Positions 31,420 to 41,226 of a DNA stretch of 64,000 nt are shown here, in pieces. Where the stretch lies: the sequence record SRR31156797_4840; one strand, given 5' to 3'. The position numbers were made by a program, and so were the translations under genes. Below the pieces are notes generated by a model that saw nothing but the letters and a program-made list of their open reading frames with translations, did not search any database and was not told the DNA's origin. Each line of letters starts with the position of its first letter. The stretch's first letter is position 1.

Positions 31420-32568
31420 ATGGCAACAGACAAATTTCAGCTTGTGGGGTCATTGTTACGACCACAAGATTTATTGGACTACAAAAATCAAATCGAGCAT
31501 CGGGAGGACATCCGCTACCCGTTTTATGATGCGTTTCCTGGCTACCAAGAAACGGAAGCAAAAGCGATCGCTGACATCATTGCAGCGCAAAAAGAACACG
31601 GCATCACAGTCATCACAGACGGCGAACACGGCCGCTCGATGTGGCATCTGGATTTTCTCTGGGGATTAAAAGGCGTTGAGCGCTATATCTCCGATCATGG
31701 GTATGCCTTTGAAGATTTGGACGGTGGACATTTTGAGACGCGTAAAGACATCGGCATCCGAATCACAGAACCATTATCTGGCAAAAACCATCATTACTTG
31801 ACATTGTTTAAAGAAACCAAACGCCAAGCTGGCGACCTGCCAGTCAAAATCACCGTGTGGGGGGCTGCCCACGCCTTTACCGAGCTGACTGTCTTTAACG
31901 ACCTCGTTGGTGAAGGTCAGGTGTGTCCAACGAAAGAAGCCTTGCGGGAAGGGCTGCTTAACGCCTACAAGGAATTCTTGCAGGAATACCGAGAAGCCGG
32001 TGGTGAGATCGTTCAGTTCGATGATTGTTTATGGGAATTATTCGCCGAAGACAATGACAAGAGCTTCTTCACCCAAGGCAATGACGGCTTAGAAGCGTTA
32101 GCCGATGAATTCGTGGCGATCAACAACGAAGTCGCTGATTACGCCCACGAATTAGGATTAAAAGTCTGGACCCACAATTGTCGCGGCAATTACCAAAGCC
32201 GCGCGGCAGCCAGTGGTACCTATAAAGCGATCGCCGAAAAATTCTTACGTGATCAGCATTATGACCGCTTTTTCCTAGAGTGGGACGATGACCGTGCCGG
32301 TGATATCTCGGCTTTAGAAGCGCTGAAAGATCGTTCAGAAGTGGAAGTTGTCTTAGGCTTATTATCCAGCAAAACCGCCACATTAGACGATGAAGAGCGA
32401 GTGATCGCCTTATTAGACAAAGCTAGTCAAATCATTCCTAAGGATCGGCTTTATCTTTCTCATCAATGCGGCTTTGCCTCTTGTGACTGCGGCAATGAGC
32501 TTTCGACTGAGCAGCAATGGGCAAAAATCAAGCAAGGGCAAGCCTTAGCTGAAGCATACTTCGGTTAA
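31420..32568 (+). CDS. Cobalamin-independent methionine synthase II-family protein (YxjG/YxjH-like, catalytic barrel only)
   Basis: 'VGSLLRP', 'TDGE', Zn ligands 'HNCRGN', 'FLEWD', 'SHQCGFAS'. Confidence 0.88.
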   Translation: MATDKFQLVGSLLRPQDLLDYKNQIEHREDIRYPFYDAFPGYQETEAKAIADIIAAQKEHGITVITDGEHGRSMWHLDFLWGLKGVERYISDHGYAFEDLDGGHFETRKDIGIRITEPLSGKNHHYLTLFKETKRQAGDLPVKITVWGAAHAFTELTVFNDLVGEGQVCPTKEALREGLLNAYKEFLQEYREAGGEIVQFDDCLWELFAEDNDKSFFTQGNDGLEALADEFVAINNEVADYAHELGLKVWTHNCRGNYQSRAAASGTYKAIAEKFLRDQHYDRFFLEWDDDRAGDISALEALKDRSEVEVVLGLLSSKTATLDDEERVIALLDKASQIIPKDRLYLSHQCGFASCDCGNELSTEQQWAKIKQGQALAEAYFG

Positions 32569-32622
32569 GCAGTTGCGTCTTCTTTTCCCTGAATCTTCCC
32601 CTCGAAATCGGTGCATTCCACA

Positions 32623-32678
32623 AAGTTTCGAAAATTTCAGAAAAAATGTTTGACATTTTCTTTAAGAGCGAGTAAAGT
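32623..32678 (+). promoter_or_regulatory. SigmaA promoter of the T-box leader with tandem CodY-like boxes
   Basis: TTGACA 32650-32655, 17 nt, TAAAGT 32673-32678; AAGTTTCGAAAATTT (32623) and AAATTTCAGAAAAAA (32632). Confidence 0.65.
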
Positions 32679-32702
32679 AAGACACAACTTAATGAAACAG
32701 AC

Positions 32703-32960
32703 ATCGAAAAGAAGAGTAGCAAGGCTTGCTGTTTGAAGAGAGTCTCTGGTTGGTGCAAAGAGATAACGCATGGTTGTGAAACACATCTTGGAGTCGTTTT
32801 TCCGAAAGAAAAGTAGGAGAGACCGGGTTTGCCCGTTACAGCAGCAGTCATTGATTGATGACTTTCTGAGTTCAGTTGCTGTGAAGCACTGATAAACAAA
32901 GGTGGAACCGCGTTGATAACGTCCTTTAGCTGTAATGGCTAGGGGACGTTTTTTTTCTCT
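32703..32960 (+). ncRNA. T-box riboswitch, probable His specifier (CAC)
   Basis: AGTA, AGAGA box, GGTGCAA distal loop, GAA-A-CAC-A at 32778-32785, T-box GGTGGAACCGCG 32901-32912, terminator AACGTCC...GGACGTT plus T run. Confidence 0.9.
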
Positions 32961-33012
32961 TTTTTTGCGGCTCACCGAAAATCGAAAGTGGAAGGATCAC
33001 AAGAACTGCACG

Positions 33013-33098
33013 AGGCCTTTTCCTGTGAAGGAAAGGCAAATTGAGGTGGAACCACGTATCTAGCGTCCTCTGGCAAATGCCAGTGTGCGCTTTTTTTG
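33013..33098 (+). ncRNA. Second, partial T-box (stem III + antiterminator + terminator, no stem I)
   Basis: GCCTTT...AAAGGC hairpin, GGTGGAACCACG 33045-33056, CGTCC, CTGGC-AAAT-GCCAG stem plus T run. Confidence 0.8.
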
Positions 33099-33236
33099 TT
33101 TTTCTTTTTTAGAAAAATGAAACTTGCCAGTTGCCCTCACCAGCCAACGCACAGCGCCACATAAGCGTCGGAGTAAGCCGTCGCTAAGCTGTTTTTCTGC
33201 CAAGCGAAATTGAAACCTATCAAGGAGGAAGTCACC

Positions 33237-33881
33237 ATGTTTGAGTATTTAGTCAATGTTATGCCCCAACTAATTTCAGGAACCGGAATCACCGTTAAAT
33301 TGTTCGCACTGACCTTAATCGGGTCCATTCCCTTAGGCATCTTGTTTGCCTTTGTTTTAGCCAGTCGCCTGCGTATTTTGAAATTGATCGTGCAAGTCTA
33401 CGTTTGGTTGATGCGAGGAACACCTTTATTGCTACAGCTGATCTTCGTATTCTACGGTCTGCCGATCTTAGGGATCGTCTTTGACCGCTTTGAAGCAGCC
33501 TTGATCGCCTTTATTATCAATTACGCTGCTTATTTTGCCGAGATTTTCCGTGGAGGGATCCAATCGATTCCAGCCGGACAATACGAAGCCGCGAAAGTCT
33601 TGCGTTTGTCCCCAATCCAAACGATCCAAAAAATCATCATCCCACAAGTCGTCAAGATCACCCTGCCATCTGTCGGCAATGAAGTCATCAATCTTGTCAA
33701 AGACACATCTCTGGTCTACATCTTGGGCTTGTCAGACGTGATGCGAATCGGAAAAATCGCCATGGAGCGAGACAGTACCTTGCTTCCGTTAGTTGGGGTC
33801 GGCTTGATCTACTTGGTGATGACGGGCGTCTTCACGTTATTGTTAAAACAAATCGAGACCAAACTGGACTATTACCGTTAG
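33237..33881 (+). CDS. Polar amino acid ABC permease (probably histidine)
   Basis: 'RGTPLLLQL', 'YFAEIFRGGIQSIPAGQYEAA', 'KDTSL'; substrate inferred from the T-box. Confidence 0.9.
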   Translation: MFEYLVNVMPQLISGTGITVKLFALTLIGSIPLGILFAFVLASRLRILKLIVQVYVWLMRGTPLLLQLIFVFYGLPILGIVFDRFEAALIAFIINYAAYFAEIFRGGIQSIPAGQYEAAKVLRLSPIQTIQKIIIPQVVKITLPSVGNEVINLVKDTSLVYILGLSDVMRIGKIAMERDSTLLPLVGVGLIYLVMTGVFTLLLKQIETKLDYYR

Positions 33882-33893
33882 GAGGAACCACGT

Positions 33894-34526
33894 ATGTTAG
33901 AACTAAAACAAGTATCAAAATCATTTGGCGCTAAAAAAGTCATCGATCAGCTAGACCTGACGATCGAAGACGGCAGTATCTTAGCAGTGGTCGGTCCTTC
34001 CGGTGGCGGGAAAACCACCTTGCTTCGGACACTGGCTGGGTTAGAAACGATCGATTCTGGAAGCTTTTTGCTGGATGGCAAAGCCTTTGATCCCACCGAC
34101 ACAAAAGAACAAGAACAAGTCGTCGGTGTCGTCTTTCAAGACTTCCAATTGTTTCCGCACTTGTCGGTTTTTGAAAACATCACTTTGGCACCAAAAATGG
34201 TGCTGAAACAAGACAAGGCCGCGTATACAGCAAAAGCCGAACAGTTGGCAGAAAAACTAGGGTTAAGTGACCTACTAGGCCAATATCCCTTCCAGTTGTC
34301 CGGGGGGCAGCGGCAACGAGTGGCTATTGCACGAGCGATGGCGATGAATCCCAAAGTGTTGGCTTATGACGAGCCTACCAGTGCCTTAGATCCAGGCTTG
34401 AGACAGCAAGTCGAACAGCTGATCTTGGATCTGAAAAAAGAAGGAGTGACCCAGATCGTGGTGACCCATGATTTGGTTTTTGCCGAAAATATCGGCGATC
34501 AATTATTAAAAGTAGCAGGAGAATAA
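33894..34526 (+). CDS. Amino acid ABC transporter ATPase
   Basis: 'GPSGGGKTT', 'LSGGQRQR', 'DEPTSALDP'. Confidence 0.92.
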   Translation: MLELKQVSKSFGAKKVIDQLDLTIEDGSILAVVGPSGGGKTTLLRTLAGLETIDSGSFLLDGKAFDPTDTKEQEQVVGVVFQDFQLFPHLSVFENITLAPKMVLKQDKAAYTAKAEQLAEKLGLSDLLGQYPFQLSGGQRQRVAIARAMAMNPKVLAYDEPTSALDPGLRQQVEQLILDLKKEGVTQIVVTHDLVFAENIGDQLLKVAGE

Positions 34527-34539
34527 GGGGGAGAACAAA

Positions 34540-35343
34540 ATGAAAAAATTACTATTAACGGGAATCGCAGCAGCAAGTGTATTTTTATTAGGGGCGTGCG
34601 GCAGCAGCAATGACACCACAACCAGTGCCGCTGACAAAGAAGAAGTGATCGTCGGCCTAGACGATACCTTCGTACCGATGGGCTTTAAAGACGACCAAGG
34701 CAACATCGTTGGGTTTGATGTGGATTTAGCCACAGCGATTTTGGATCTAACAGGAACCAAAGTCAAATTTCAACCAATCGACTGGTCCATGAAAGAAACC
34801 GAACTAAGCAATGGCACCATCGATATGATCTGGAACGGGTATACCAAAACCGCAGCTCGTGAAGAAAAAGTATTGTTTACAGATACTTATATGGAAAATA
34901 AACAAGTCTTGGTCACAGCAAAAGCCAGCGGCATTACTAGTTTTGATGATATGGAGGGCAAAGTCTTAGGTGCCCAAGAAGGTTCTTCTGGTTATGAGAC
35001 CTTCAATAACCAACCGGAAGTTTTGAAGGATCTCGTAGACGGCAATGACGCAACCTTGTATGCCAGCTTTAATGAAGCCTTTATCGATCTAGAAAACGGT
35101 CGGATCGACGGTCTTTTGATCGACCGTGTCTACGCAGAATATTATTTGACTCAAACAGGCAAAACCGATGACTTCAACGAAATCGAAAGCCCTTTTGAAG
35201 CAGAAGATTTTGCTGTAGGTGTGCGTAAAGACGATCAAGCCATGGCAGATAAAATCAATGATGGTTTGAAAGAATTGCAAGACAATGGTACCTTTGCTGA
35301 AATCTCTGAAAAGTGGTTTGGCGAAGACGTCACACCAAACTAA
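34540..35343 (+). CDS. Amino acid ABC transporter binding lipoprotein
   Basis: Lipobox LGAC, 'GLDDTFVPMGF', 'GFDVDLA', 'WNGY', 'ISEKWFG'. Confidence 0.92.
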   Translation: MKKLLLTGIAAASVFLLGACGSSNDTTTSAADKEEVIVGLDDTFVPMGFKDDQGNIVGFDVDLATAILDLTGTKVKFQPIDWSMKETELSNGTIDMIWNGYTKTAAREEKVLFTDTYMENKQVLVTAKASGITSFDDMEGKVLGAQEGSSGYETFNNQPEVLKDLVDGNDATLYASFNEAFIDLENGRIDGLLIDRVYAEYYLTQTGKTDDFNEIESPFEAEDFAVGVRKDDQAMADKINDGLKELQDNGTFAEISEKWFGEDVTPN

Positions 35344-35359
35344 AAACAAGTCAACAAGA

Positions 35360-35392
35360 GGCACTGGCTGCTTAGCAGCTGGTGTTTTTTTA
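35360..35392 (+). terminator. Terminator of the amino acid ABC operon
   Basis: GCACTGGCTG cttag CAGCTGGTGT plus T run. Confidence 0.75.
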
Positions 35393-35436
35393 TACATTCA
35401 TTTCTTTTGCGTATCTAAGTAAAGAAGGAACGATTG

Positions 35437-35478
35437 AAGTATATACTTGTGTATACGTATGCGTGCTCATGTTATAAT
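35437..35478 (+). promoter_or_regulatory. TA promoter with palindromic operators
   Basis: AAGTATATACTT 35437-35448, GTATAC and ATACGTAT 35451-35460, extended -10 TGTTATAAT 35470-35478. Confidence 0.65.
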
Positions 35479-35519
35479 GATAGGTAGTAAGGAAAATCCG
35501 ATAAAAAGGGGTGAGCCGA

Positions 35520-35837
35520 ATGGAACATTATAAAGAGACCGCTCATTTGATTAAGTGGGGCAACGGACAAGGGGTTCGCTTGTCTAAGAAAATGATTCGA
35601 AAATTGGATCTCCAGGTAGGTTCTGAACTAGAAATGGAACTGGCAGAAGAAGTCAATGGCAAAAAACAGTTAGTTATTACAGAAAAGCAACCAGCAGGGG
35701 AGTTGTCCCCAGAGGAGAAACTTCGTTTAGTCGATTCTTTGCAAGGCATTTTAGCAGATTCATTTGAAACACCTGACGTTGTGGACATCAAAAAAGTAAG
35801 AAACGAACGGCGTAGGAAAAAATATCTGGGAGAATAA
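35520..35837 (+). CDS. AbrB/MazE-fold antitoxin (VapB-like)
   Basis: 'KWGNGQGVRLSKKMIRKLDLQVGSELEM' swapped-hairpin motif; directly upstream of the PIN gene. Confidence 0.85.
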   Translation: MEHYKETAHLIKWGNGQGVRLSKKMIRKLDLQVGSELEMELAEEVNGKKQLVITEKQPAGELSPEEKLRLVDSLQGILADSFETPDVVDIKKVRNERRRKKYLGE

Positions 35838-35844
35838 AAGGAAC

Positions 35845-36282
35845 ATGACCAAATACAAAGCCAAACGAGTCGTGATTGACACCAATGTGATCCTTGACTA
35901 TTTATTAGGAAGAGGGTCTAAAAGCCATCAAGAAGCCATCAAACTGATATACAACAGTTCTATCTATGGACTTTGCGAGGGCGTGATTACGGCAAGTACA
36001 TTAACGGATCTTTTCTATATTCTCGATGGAGCAGCAGGAGTCGATGCTCGGAGGGAAGTCAAAAAACTGATCCAAGTGCATACCGTCTTAACAGTCACGG
36101 AAGCAGATTGCCTTCAGGCGCTTGATTCAACAATGACAGATTTTGAAGATGCTGTTTTAGCAGCTTGTGCGAAGCGAAATCAAATCGACAGTCTAGTAAC
36201 GACCAATACAGCTGATTTTAAATCATCAGGACTGATTGTCTATACAGTCGCTGAATTTGTTCACCAACTAAAAAGAGGATGA
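35845..36282 (+). CDS. PIN-domain toxin (VapC-like)
   Basis: 'VIDTNVILD', 'TLTD', 'DFEDAVLAACA', 'VTTNTADF'. Confidence 0.88.
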   Translation: MTKYKAKRVVIDTNVILDYLLGRGSKSHQEAIKLIYNSSIYGLCEGVITASTLTDLFYILDGAAGVDARREVKKLIQVHTVLTVTEADCLQALDSTMTDFEDAVLAACAKRNQIDSLVTTNTADFKSSGLIVYTVAEFVHQLKRG

Positions 36283-36412
36283 TCACTGCTCTATCTGGCA
36301 GACATCCTCTTTTTCCTTTAAATTCCAGCACCTAACCAAAATTTCTCACAGGAAAACTTTTGTTCGCCTTCTTTTTTCGTTATAATAGGGAAAGATGAAA
36401 AGAGGGATAGAA

Positions 36413-38851
36413 ATGGCGCAAAAAAAACGCGCAAAGAAACGCAAAACAAAAAAACAACAAAAACAGCAAGAGAAATTAATGCTGGTCGGCGTCGGCCTGC
36501 TCTTTGTCTTGTTTTCGATATTTGGCTTTTTCCATTTAGGTTTTTTAGGAACCTTGATTGCCAACGGGTTTCGGATCGTTGGCGGAAACACATACCAATT
36601 TTTGAGTGTTGCCCTAGCTGCTTATGGTGTCTGGTTAGCGATCAAAACGACCGATGCTCGGTTTAAGAGCATTCGGCGAGTGATCGGCTGTGTATTGGTG
36701 TATTTTGGTTTACTGATCATCCTCCATGCGCAAATCTTTAGTAATGTGGTGGGAGAACAAGCCAATATCTTCCAAACGACGTGGATGACGCTGTTAGGCG
36801 ATATCCGGCGCAGCCAAGTGACCCAAAATGTCGGGGGCGGAATGATTGGCGCCATGCTTTATGGGGCGACCTATTTTCTTGTTTCCCAGATCGGCAGCTA
36901 CATCATCGCTGTTTTACTCATGCTGATCGGGGCGTTCTTGTTCAGCCAAATGAGCAGCCACGAGTTAGTGGAGCACCTGCAAGTAGCTGGTGACAAGCTG
37001 CAGCGGTTGTTAGAAGGCTCTCCAGAAAAGCAAGCCGAACGAGAAGCCCGCAAAGCGGAACGAGCAGCAGAGAAACAAGCGGCGAAAGAAGCCAAAAAAG
37101 AAGCCGAGCGAGCAGCAGTCATGGCGGAGATCAAAGAAAAGAATCAAGTCCGACCAATGACAGAAGACGAAAAATCAGCAAAAGAACAGCAGATGCAAGC
37201 GCCAGCTGATTTTGAACCAGAGCAGCTGAGCTTTGTACCCATCGACCACTTCCAAGAATTGCCGCAAGCGGCGGCACCAGAGGCCGCTCAAGCACCGCAT
37301 CCAGCAGGAAACAAACCGGGACCAAGCAAAAAGGTCAACGAAGACGGGGAGATCCTCGATGACGATGGTGAAGTATTGGAATTTGAGATTTCGGAAGAAG
37401 CTGAAAATCGTGATTATGAATTGCCTTCAGCGCAATTACTCGATTCGATCCCTTCAACGGATCAAAGCAGCGAGTACAAAAAGATCGAACAAAATATTGG
37501 TGTGTTAGAAACCACCTTCCAAAGCTTCGGTGTTGACGCAAAAGTCGTCAAAGCTAGCTTAGGACCAGCAGTAACCAAATTCGAAGTTCAACCAGCAGTA
37601 GGGGTCAAAGTCAGCAAAATCGTCGGGTTGACCGATGATATCGCCTTAGCCTTGGCCGCCAAAGATGTGCGGATGGAAGCGCCGATCCCAGGGAAATCAT
37701 TGATTGGGATCGAAGTTCCAAACAGCGCAGTCAGCATGGTTTCATTCCGAGAAGTGATCGAAGCCCAACCAGATCATCCAGATAAACTATTAGAAGTACC
37801 TTTAGGACGCGATATTTCTGGCCGTGTCCAAACGGCAGACTTAACGAAAATGCCCCATCTCTTGATTGCCGGATCGACCGGGAGTGGGAAGTCCGTAGCC
37901 ATCAACGGCATCATCACCAGTATTTTGATGCGGGCAAAACCCCATGAAGTCAAACTGATGATGATCGACCCGAAAATGGTTGAATTAAATGTTTACAATG
38001 GGATTCCCCATCTCTTGACACCCGTTGTGACCAATCCTCGCAAAGCGGCGCAAGCGTTGCAAAAAGTGGTCAAGGAAATGGAAGAACGCTACGAAAAATT
38101 TGCGGCAACTGGGGTCCGAAATATTACTGGCTACAACGATTTAGTAATCAATAAGAATTTAGAAGATGGCGAAAATCGTCCGATCTTGCCATTCATTGTG
38201 GTGATCGTTGATGAGTTAGCTGACTTGATGATGGTTGCTAGCAACGAAGTCGAAGATGCCATCATTCGTTTGGCGCAAATGGCGCGGGCAGCTGGTATCC
38301 ATATGATCTTAGCAACGCAACGACCAAGTGTGGATGTCATTACAGGGATCATCAAAGCCAATGTTCCATCACGGATGGCGTTTGCTGTTTCCAGCGGTGT
38401 CGATTCTCGGACCATCATTGATGGGAACGGGGCCGAAAAACTGCTGGGCCGCGGCGACATGCTGTATCTGCCGATGGGTGAGAACAAACCGATTCGGGTC
38501 CAAGGGGCCTTTATTTCCGACCAAGAAGTCGAACGAGTGGTTGAATTCGTGACAGATCAGCAAGAAGCCAATTATGAAGAAAAAATGATGGTCACTGAGG
38601 AAGAAACGAGTGCCGGCAGCAGCGTACAACCGCAAGATGAGCTGTTCGAAGACGCCAAAGCCCTTGTGGTGGAAATGCAGACCGCCAGCGTTTCTCTCTT
38701 GCAGCGACGTTTTCGCATCGGCTATAACCGAGCGGCTCGGTTAGTGGATGAATTAGAAGATCAAGGCGTCGTTGGCCCTTCTGAAGGCAGCAAGCCACGG
38801 AAAGTCTTGATCGAGCCGCAACCAGAAGACATTCGTACCTTTGATGAATAA
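36413..38851 (+). CDS. ftsK: DNA translocase FtsK/SpoIIIE
   Basis: N-terminal TMs, 'MPHLLIAGSTGSGKS', 'IDPKMVEL', 'ATQRPSVDVITG', gamma domain 'LQRRFRIGYNRAARL'. Confidence 0.96.
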   Translation: MAQKKRAKKRKTKKQQKQQEKLMLVGVGLLFVLFSIFGFFHLGFLGTLIANGFRIVGGNTYQFLSVALAAYGVWLAIKTTDARFKSIRRVIGCVLVYFGLLIILHAQIFSNVVGEQANIFQTTWMTLLGDIRRSQVTQNVGGGMIGAMLYGATYFLVSQIGSYIIAVLLMLIGAFLFSQMSSHELVEHLQVAGDKLQRLLEGSPEKQAEREARKAERAAEKQAAKEAKKEAERAAVMAEIKEKNQVRPMTEDEKSAKEQQMQAPADFEPEQLSFVPIDHFQELPQAAAPEAAQAPHPAGNKPGPSKKVNEDGEILDDDGEVLEFEISEEAENRDYELPSAQLLDSIPSTDQSSEYKKIEQNIGVLETTFQSFGVDAKVVKASLGPAVTKFEVQPAVGVKVSKIVGLTDDIALALAAKDVRMEAPIPGKSLIGIEVPNSAVSMVSFREVIEAQPDHPDKLLEVPLGRDISGRVQTADLTKMPHLLIAGSTGSGKSVAINGIITSILMRAKPHEVKLMMIDPKMVELNVYNGIPHLLTPVVTNPRKAAQALQKVVKEMEERYEKFAATGVRNITGYNDLVINKNLEDGENRPILPFIVVIVDELADLMMVASNEVEDAIIRLAQMARAAGIHMILATQRPSVDVITGIIKANVPSRMAFAVSSGVDSRTIIDGNGAEKLLGRGDMLYLPMGENKPIRVQGAFISDQEVERVVEFVTDQQEANYEEKMMVTEEETSAGSSVQPQDELFEDAKALVVEMQTASVSLLQRRFRIGYNRAARLVDELEDQGVVGPSEGSKPRKVLIEPQPEDIRTFDE

Positions 38852-38894
38852 GGAGAACACCAGACCAATCCAATGAGAGAAAGGCGAGATAGCA

Positions 38895-39596
38895 ATGAAA
38901 CGCAAACACATTCTTTACCGTGATGTTGCCGATAAGCTCAAAGAAGACATCATGTCGGGTCGCTACCCGATTGGTTCATTTTTACCGACGGAAACAGAAT
39001 TGGAAGCTACCTTCAATGTCAGCAAGATCACTGTCCGCAAAGCCATCGAATTGTTAGCGGCAGATGAGTATGTGGAAAAACGCAGCGGACGTGGGACGAC
39101 GGTTTTAAGCAATCGCCCCTACAACAAGCTGTCAAAAGGCACGACGTTTAGCCAATTGCTTGAAAAGACCGGCAAGGAATACACAAAGAAAAACCTCAGC
39201 TATGAATTAGTCGAACTTGCGCCTGAACACCCTGCGTATTCTTTGATGGGCAAAGAAGTCATGCGTTTACGTCGCATGTACTATTTTGACCACCAACCTT
39301 TTATTTACTATGAGTACCATTTGCCAAAGCAACTAAAGGGAACCTCCATCGAGGTCTTTGAAGAAAAATCATTGTATCGCCTATTGGATGAACATCGAAT
39401 GATCATCGATCGCTTTCAAGATGCGTTTGTGGCAACGACGTTGACTGAAGAGCAACAGAAGTTTATGATCACGCCGGAGGTCGCTGCCTTGAAACGAACC
39501 CGTTATTCGTATGATCTACAAGGAGAAGTGGTAGAATATACAGAAGGGATCTATAACACTGCCTTGCATCCGTATATGATCGAATTTGAAGCCTAG
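38895..39596 (+). CDS. GntR (HutC/UTRA) family regulator
   Basis: 'LPTETEL..TFNVSKITVRKA', 'GRGT', UTRA-like 'SLYRLL'. Confidence 0.88.
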   Translation: MKRKHILYRDVADKLKEDIMSGRYPIGSFLPTETELEATFNVSKITVRKAIELLAADEYVEKRSGRGTTVLSNRPYNKLSKGTTFSQLLEKTGKEYTKKNLSYELVELAPEHPAYSLMGKEVMRLRRMYYFDHQPFIYYEYHLPKQLKGTSIEVFEEKSLYRLLDEHRMIIDRFQDAFVATTLTEEQQKFMITPEVAALKRTRYSYDLQGEVVEYTEGIYNTALHPYMIEFEA

Positions 39597-39657
39597 TCAT
39601 TGATTAGGCTTTTTTAGCAAAAAGTGGTACCAAAATCAGAAGTGGAGTGTGAAATAC

Positions 39658-40458
39658 ATGAGAAAAATCGCCTTTTTAGGAGCCGGTAACATGGCAAAAG
39701 CTATCATTAATGGCTTGATTGCAGCAAAGCTGTATGAACCAGCAGAGATCTTGGTTTATAACCATCGCTACGAGCCGACTTTGGCACAATTAGAAAAAGA
39801 AACCGGGATCACTGGGACAACTAAGCTGGCGGATGTCACAGAAAAAGCAGAGATCTTCGTCTTAGCAGTCAAACCTTTTGTCTTTCCCCGCTTGCTTGCT
39901 GATTTAAAAGCAGGATTGACTGAGGAACACTTGCTAGTATCCATTGCCGCGGGTGTGACGATCGCGCAAATGGAAGAAATCATCGGTGCGCACAAAATCG
40001 TGCGGGTCATGCCAAATACCCCCGCACTTGTCGGCGAAGGGATGTCTTCTATCAGCCTCAACGGTCAAGTAACGGAAGCCGAAGCCAACGAAGTCAAACA
40101 ACTTTTTGAAAGCCTTGGGAAAGCCGAGCAAGTACCAGAAAGCATGATCGATGCAGTCATTGGTGTCAGTGGTTCTTCGCCAGCCTACACGTATTTATTC
40201 ATTGAAGCTTTGGCAGATGGAGCAGTGGCAGAAGGTATGCCGCGGCCGATGGCGTATGAATTTGCTGCTCAAGCTGTATTAGGCGCAGCGAAGATGGTAC
40301 TAGAGACGAAGGAACACCCAGGTGTCTTAAAGGATCGTGTCAGCTCGCCTGGGGGCACAACGATCCAAGCAGTCAAAACCTTAGAGGAAAATGGCTTTCG
40401 TGCGGCTGTCATCAAAGCAGTGCAAGCAGCTGCTGACAAAAGTCGGGAAATGTCTTGA
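39658..40458 (+). CDS. proC: Pyrroline-5-carboxylate reductase
   Basis: 'GAGNMA', 'AVKP', 'RVMPNTP', 'SGSSPAY', 'SPGGTT'. Confidence 0.95.
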   Translation: MRKIAFLGAGNMAKAIINGLIAAKLYEPAEILVYNHRYEPTLAQLEKETGITGTTKLADVTEKAEIFVLAVKPFVFPRLLADLKAGLTEEHLLVSIAAGVTIAQMEEIIGAHKIVRVMPNTPALVGEGMSSISLNGQVTEAEANEVKQLFESLGKAEQVPESMIDAVIGVSGSSPAYTYLFIEALADGAVAEGMPRPMAYEFAAQAVLGAAKMVLETKEHPGVLKDRVSSPGGTTIQAVKTLEENGFRAAVIKAVQAAADKSREMS

Positions 40459-40504
40459 TACCCAGTGAGTGAGGGGAAAATCTTAGCAAAACAAAGGAGC
40501 GTTT

Positions 40505-41179
40505 ATGAAAGAACTTTTGATTTTTGATTTTGATGGATTGTTAGTCGATACTGAAAAAGTCTATTTTGATGGGTGGTTGGCGCTATTTAAAAAGTATCAG
40601 CTTCCGATTACAGCCGCTGATATTTTTGGTTGGCGTGGTCAAAGTTGGCAACAGACGGCTAGTAAATTAGCCGACCTCGTAGGCGGTCAGCAGCGGGTGC
40701 AGGAATTACGAGCAGAACGGGAAGTCTATATTGCCCAGCAAATAACTGATGGCACCTTCAAAACTAAACCCTATGCGAAAGAAACCATCGCATTGGCTAG
40801 GGAGAAAGGCTTCCAAACGGCACTAGCCACCTCGACGATGAAAAAAAGAGCCTCTGAATTGTTGGCGCATTTCGATTTGTTGCAGGCCTTTGACTATCAG
40901 ACCTTTGGCGATGATGTCTCCGCCCATAAACCTGATCCCGCACCTTACTTGCTGACTTTAGAAAAAGCGCAAGTCGCAGCAGAAAAAGCATTAGTCATGG
41001 AAGATTCTCTTGTGGGAGCAACAGCTGCGACACGTGCGGAGATCGATGTCGTGTTGATTCCCGATCAAAGTTTTGATCAAGTCTACTCCCCAGAAGAGAA
41101 GGCCGGACTTCAGTTATATGGCGAAGACACCTCACTGAAATATGTGTATGATTTATTGGCAAAGGATCAACTGAAATAA
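40505..41179 (+). CDS. HAD-superfamily phosphatase (beta-PGM/CbbY-like)
   Basis: 'FDFDGLLVDTE', 'KPDP', 'EDS..G'. Confidence 0.88.
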   Translation: MKELLIFDFDGLLVDTEKVYFDGWLALFKKYQLPITAADIFGWRGQSWQQTASKLADLVGGQQRVQELRAEREVYIAQQITDGTFKTKPYAKETIALAREKGFQTALATSTMKKRASELLAHFDLLQAFDYQTFGDDVSAHKPDPAPYLLTLEKAQVAAEKALVMEDSLVGATAATRAEIDVVLIPDQSFDQVYSPEEKAGLQLYGEDTSLKYVYDLLAKDQLK

Positions 41180-41184
41180 CACCT

Positions 41185-41226
41185 AAAAAAACTTCCTTTT
41201 CGTTGCAGAAAAAGGAAGTTTTTTTT
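41185..41226 (+). terminator. Terminator after the HAD gene
   Basis: AAAAAAACTTCCTTTT...AAAAGGAAGTTTTTTT. Confidence 0.75.

Noticed and set aside
32528..32975. Two minus-strand ORFs of 123 and 112 aa
   Set aside because: They lie antisense to the T-box leader, which explains the sequence.
36413..37130. Low-complexity A-rich and AEK/AER repeats in ftsK
   Set aside because: Ordinary basic N-terminus and linker of FtsK; not a separate repeat element.
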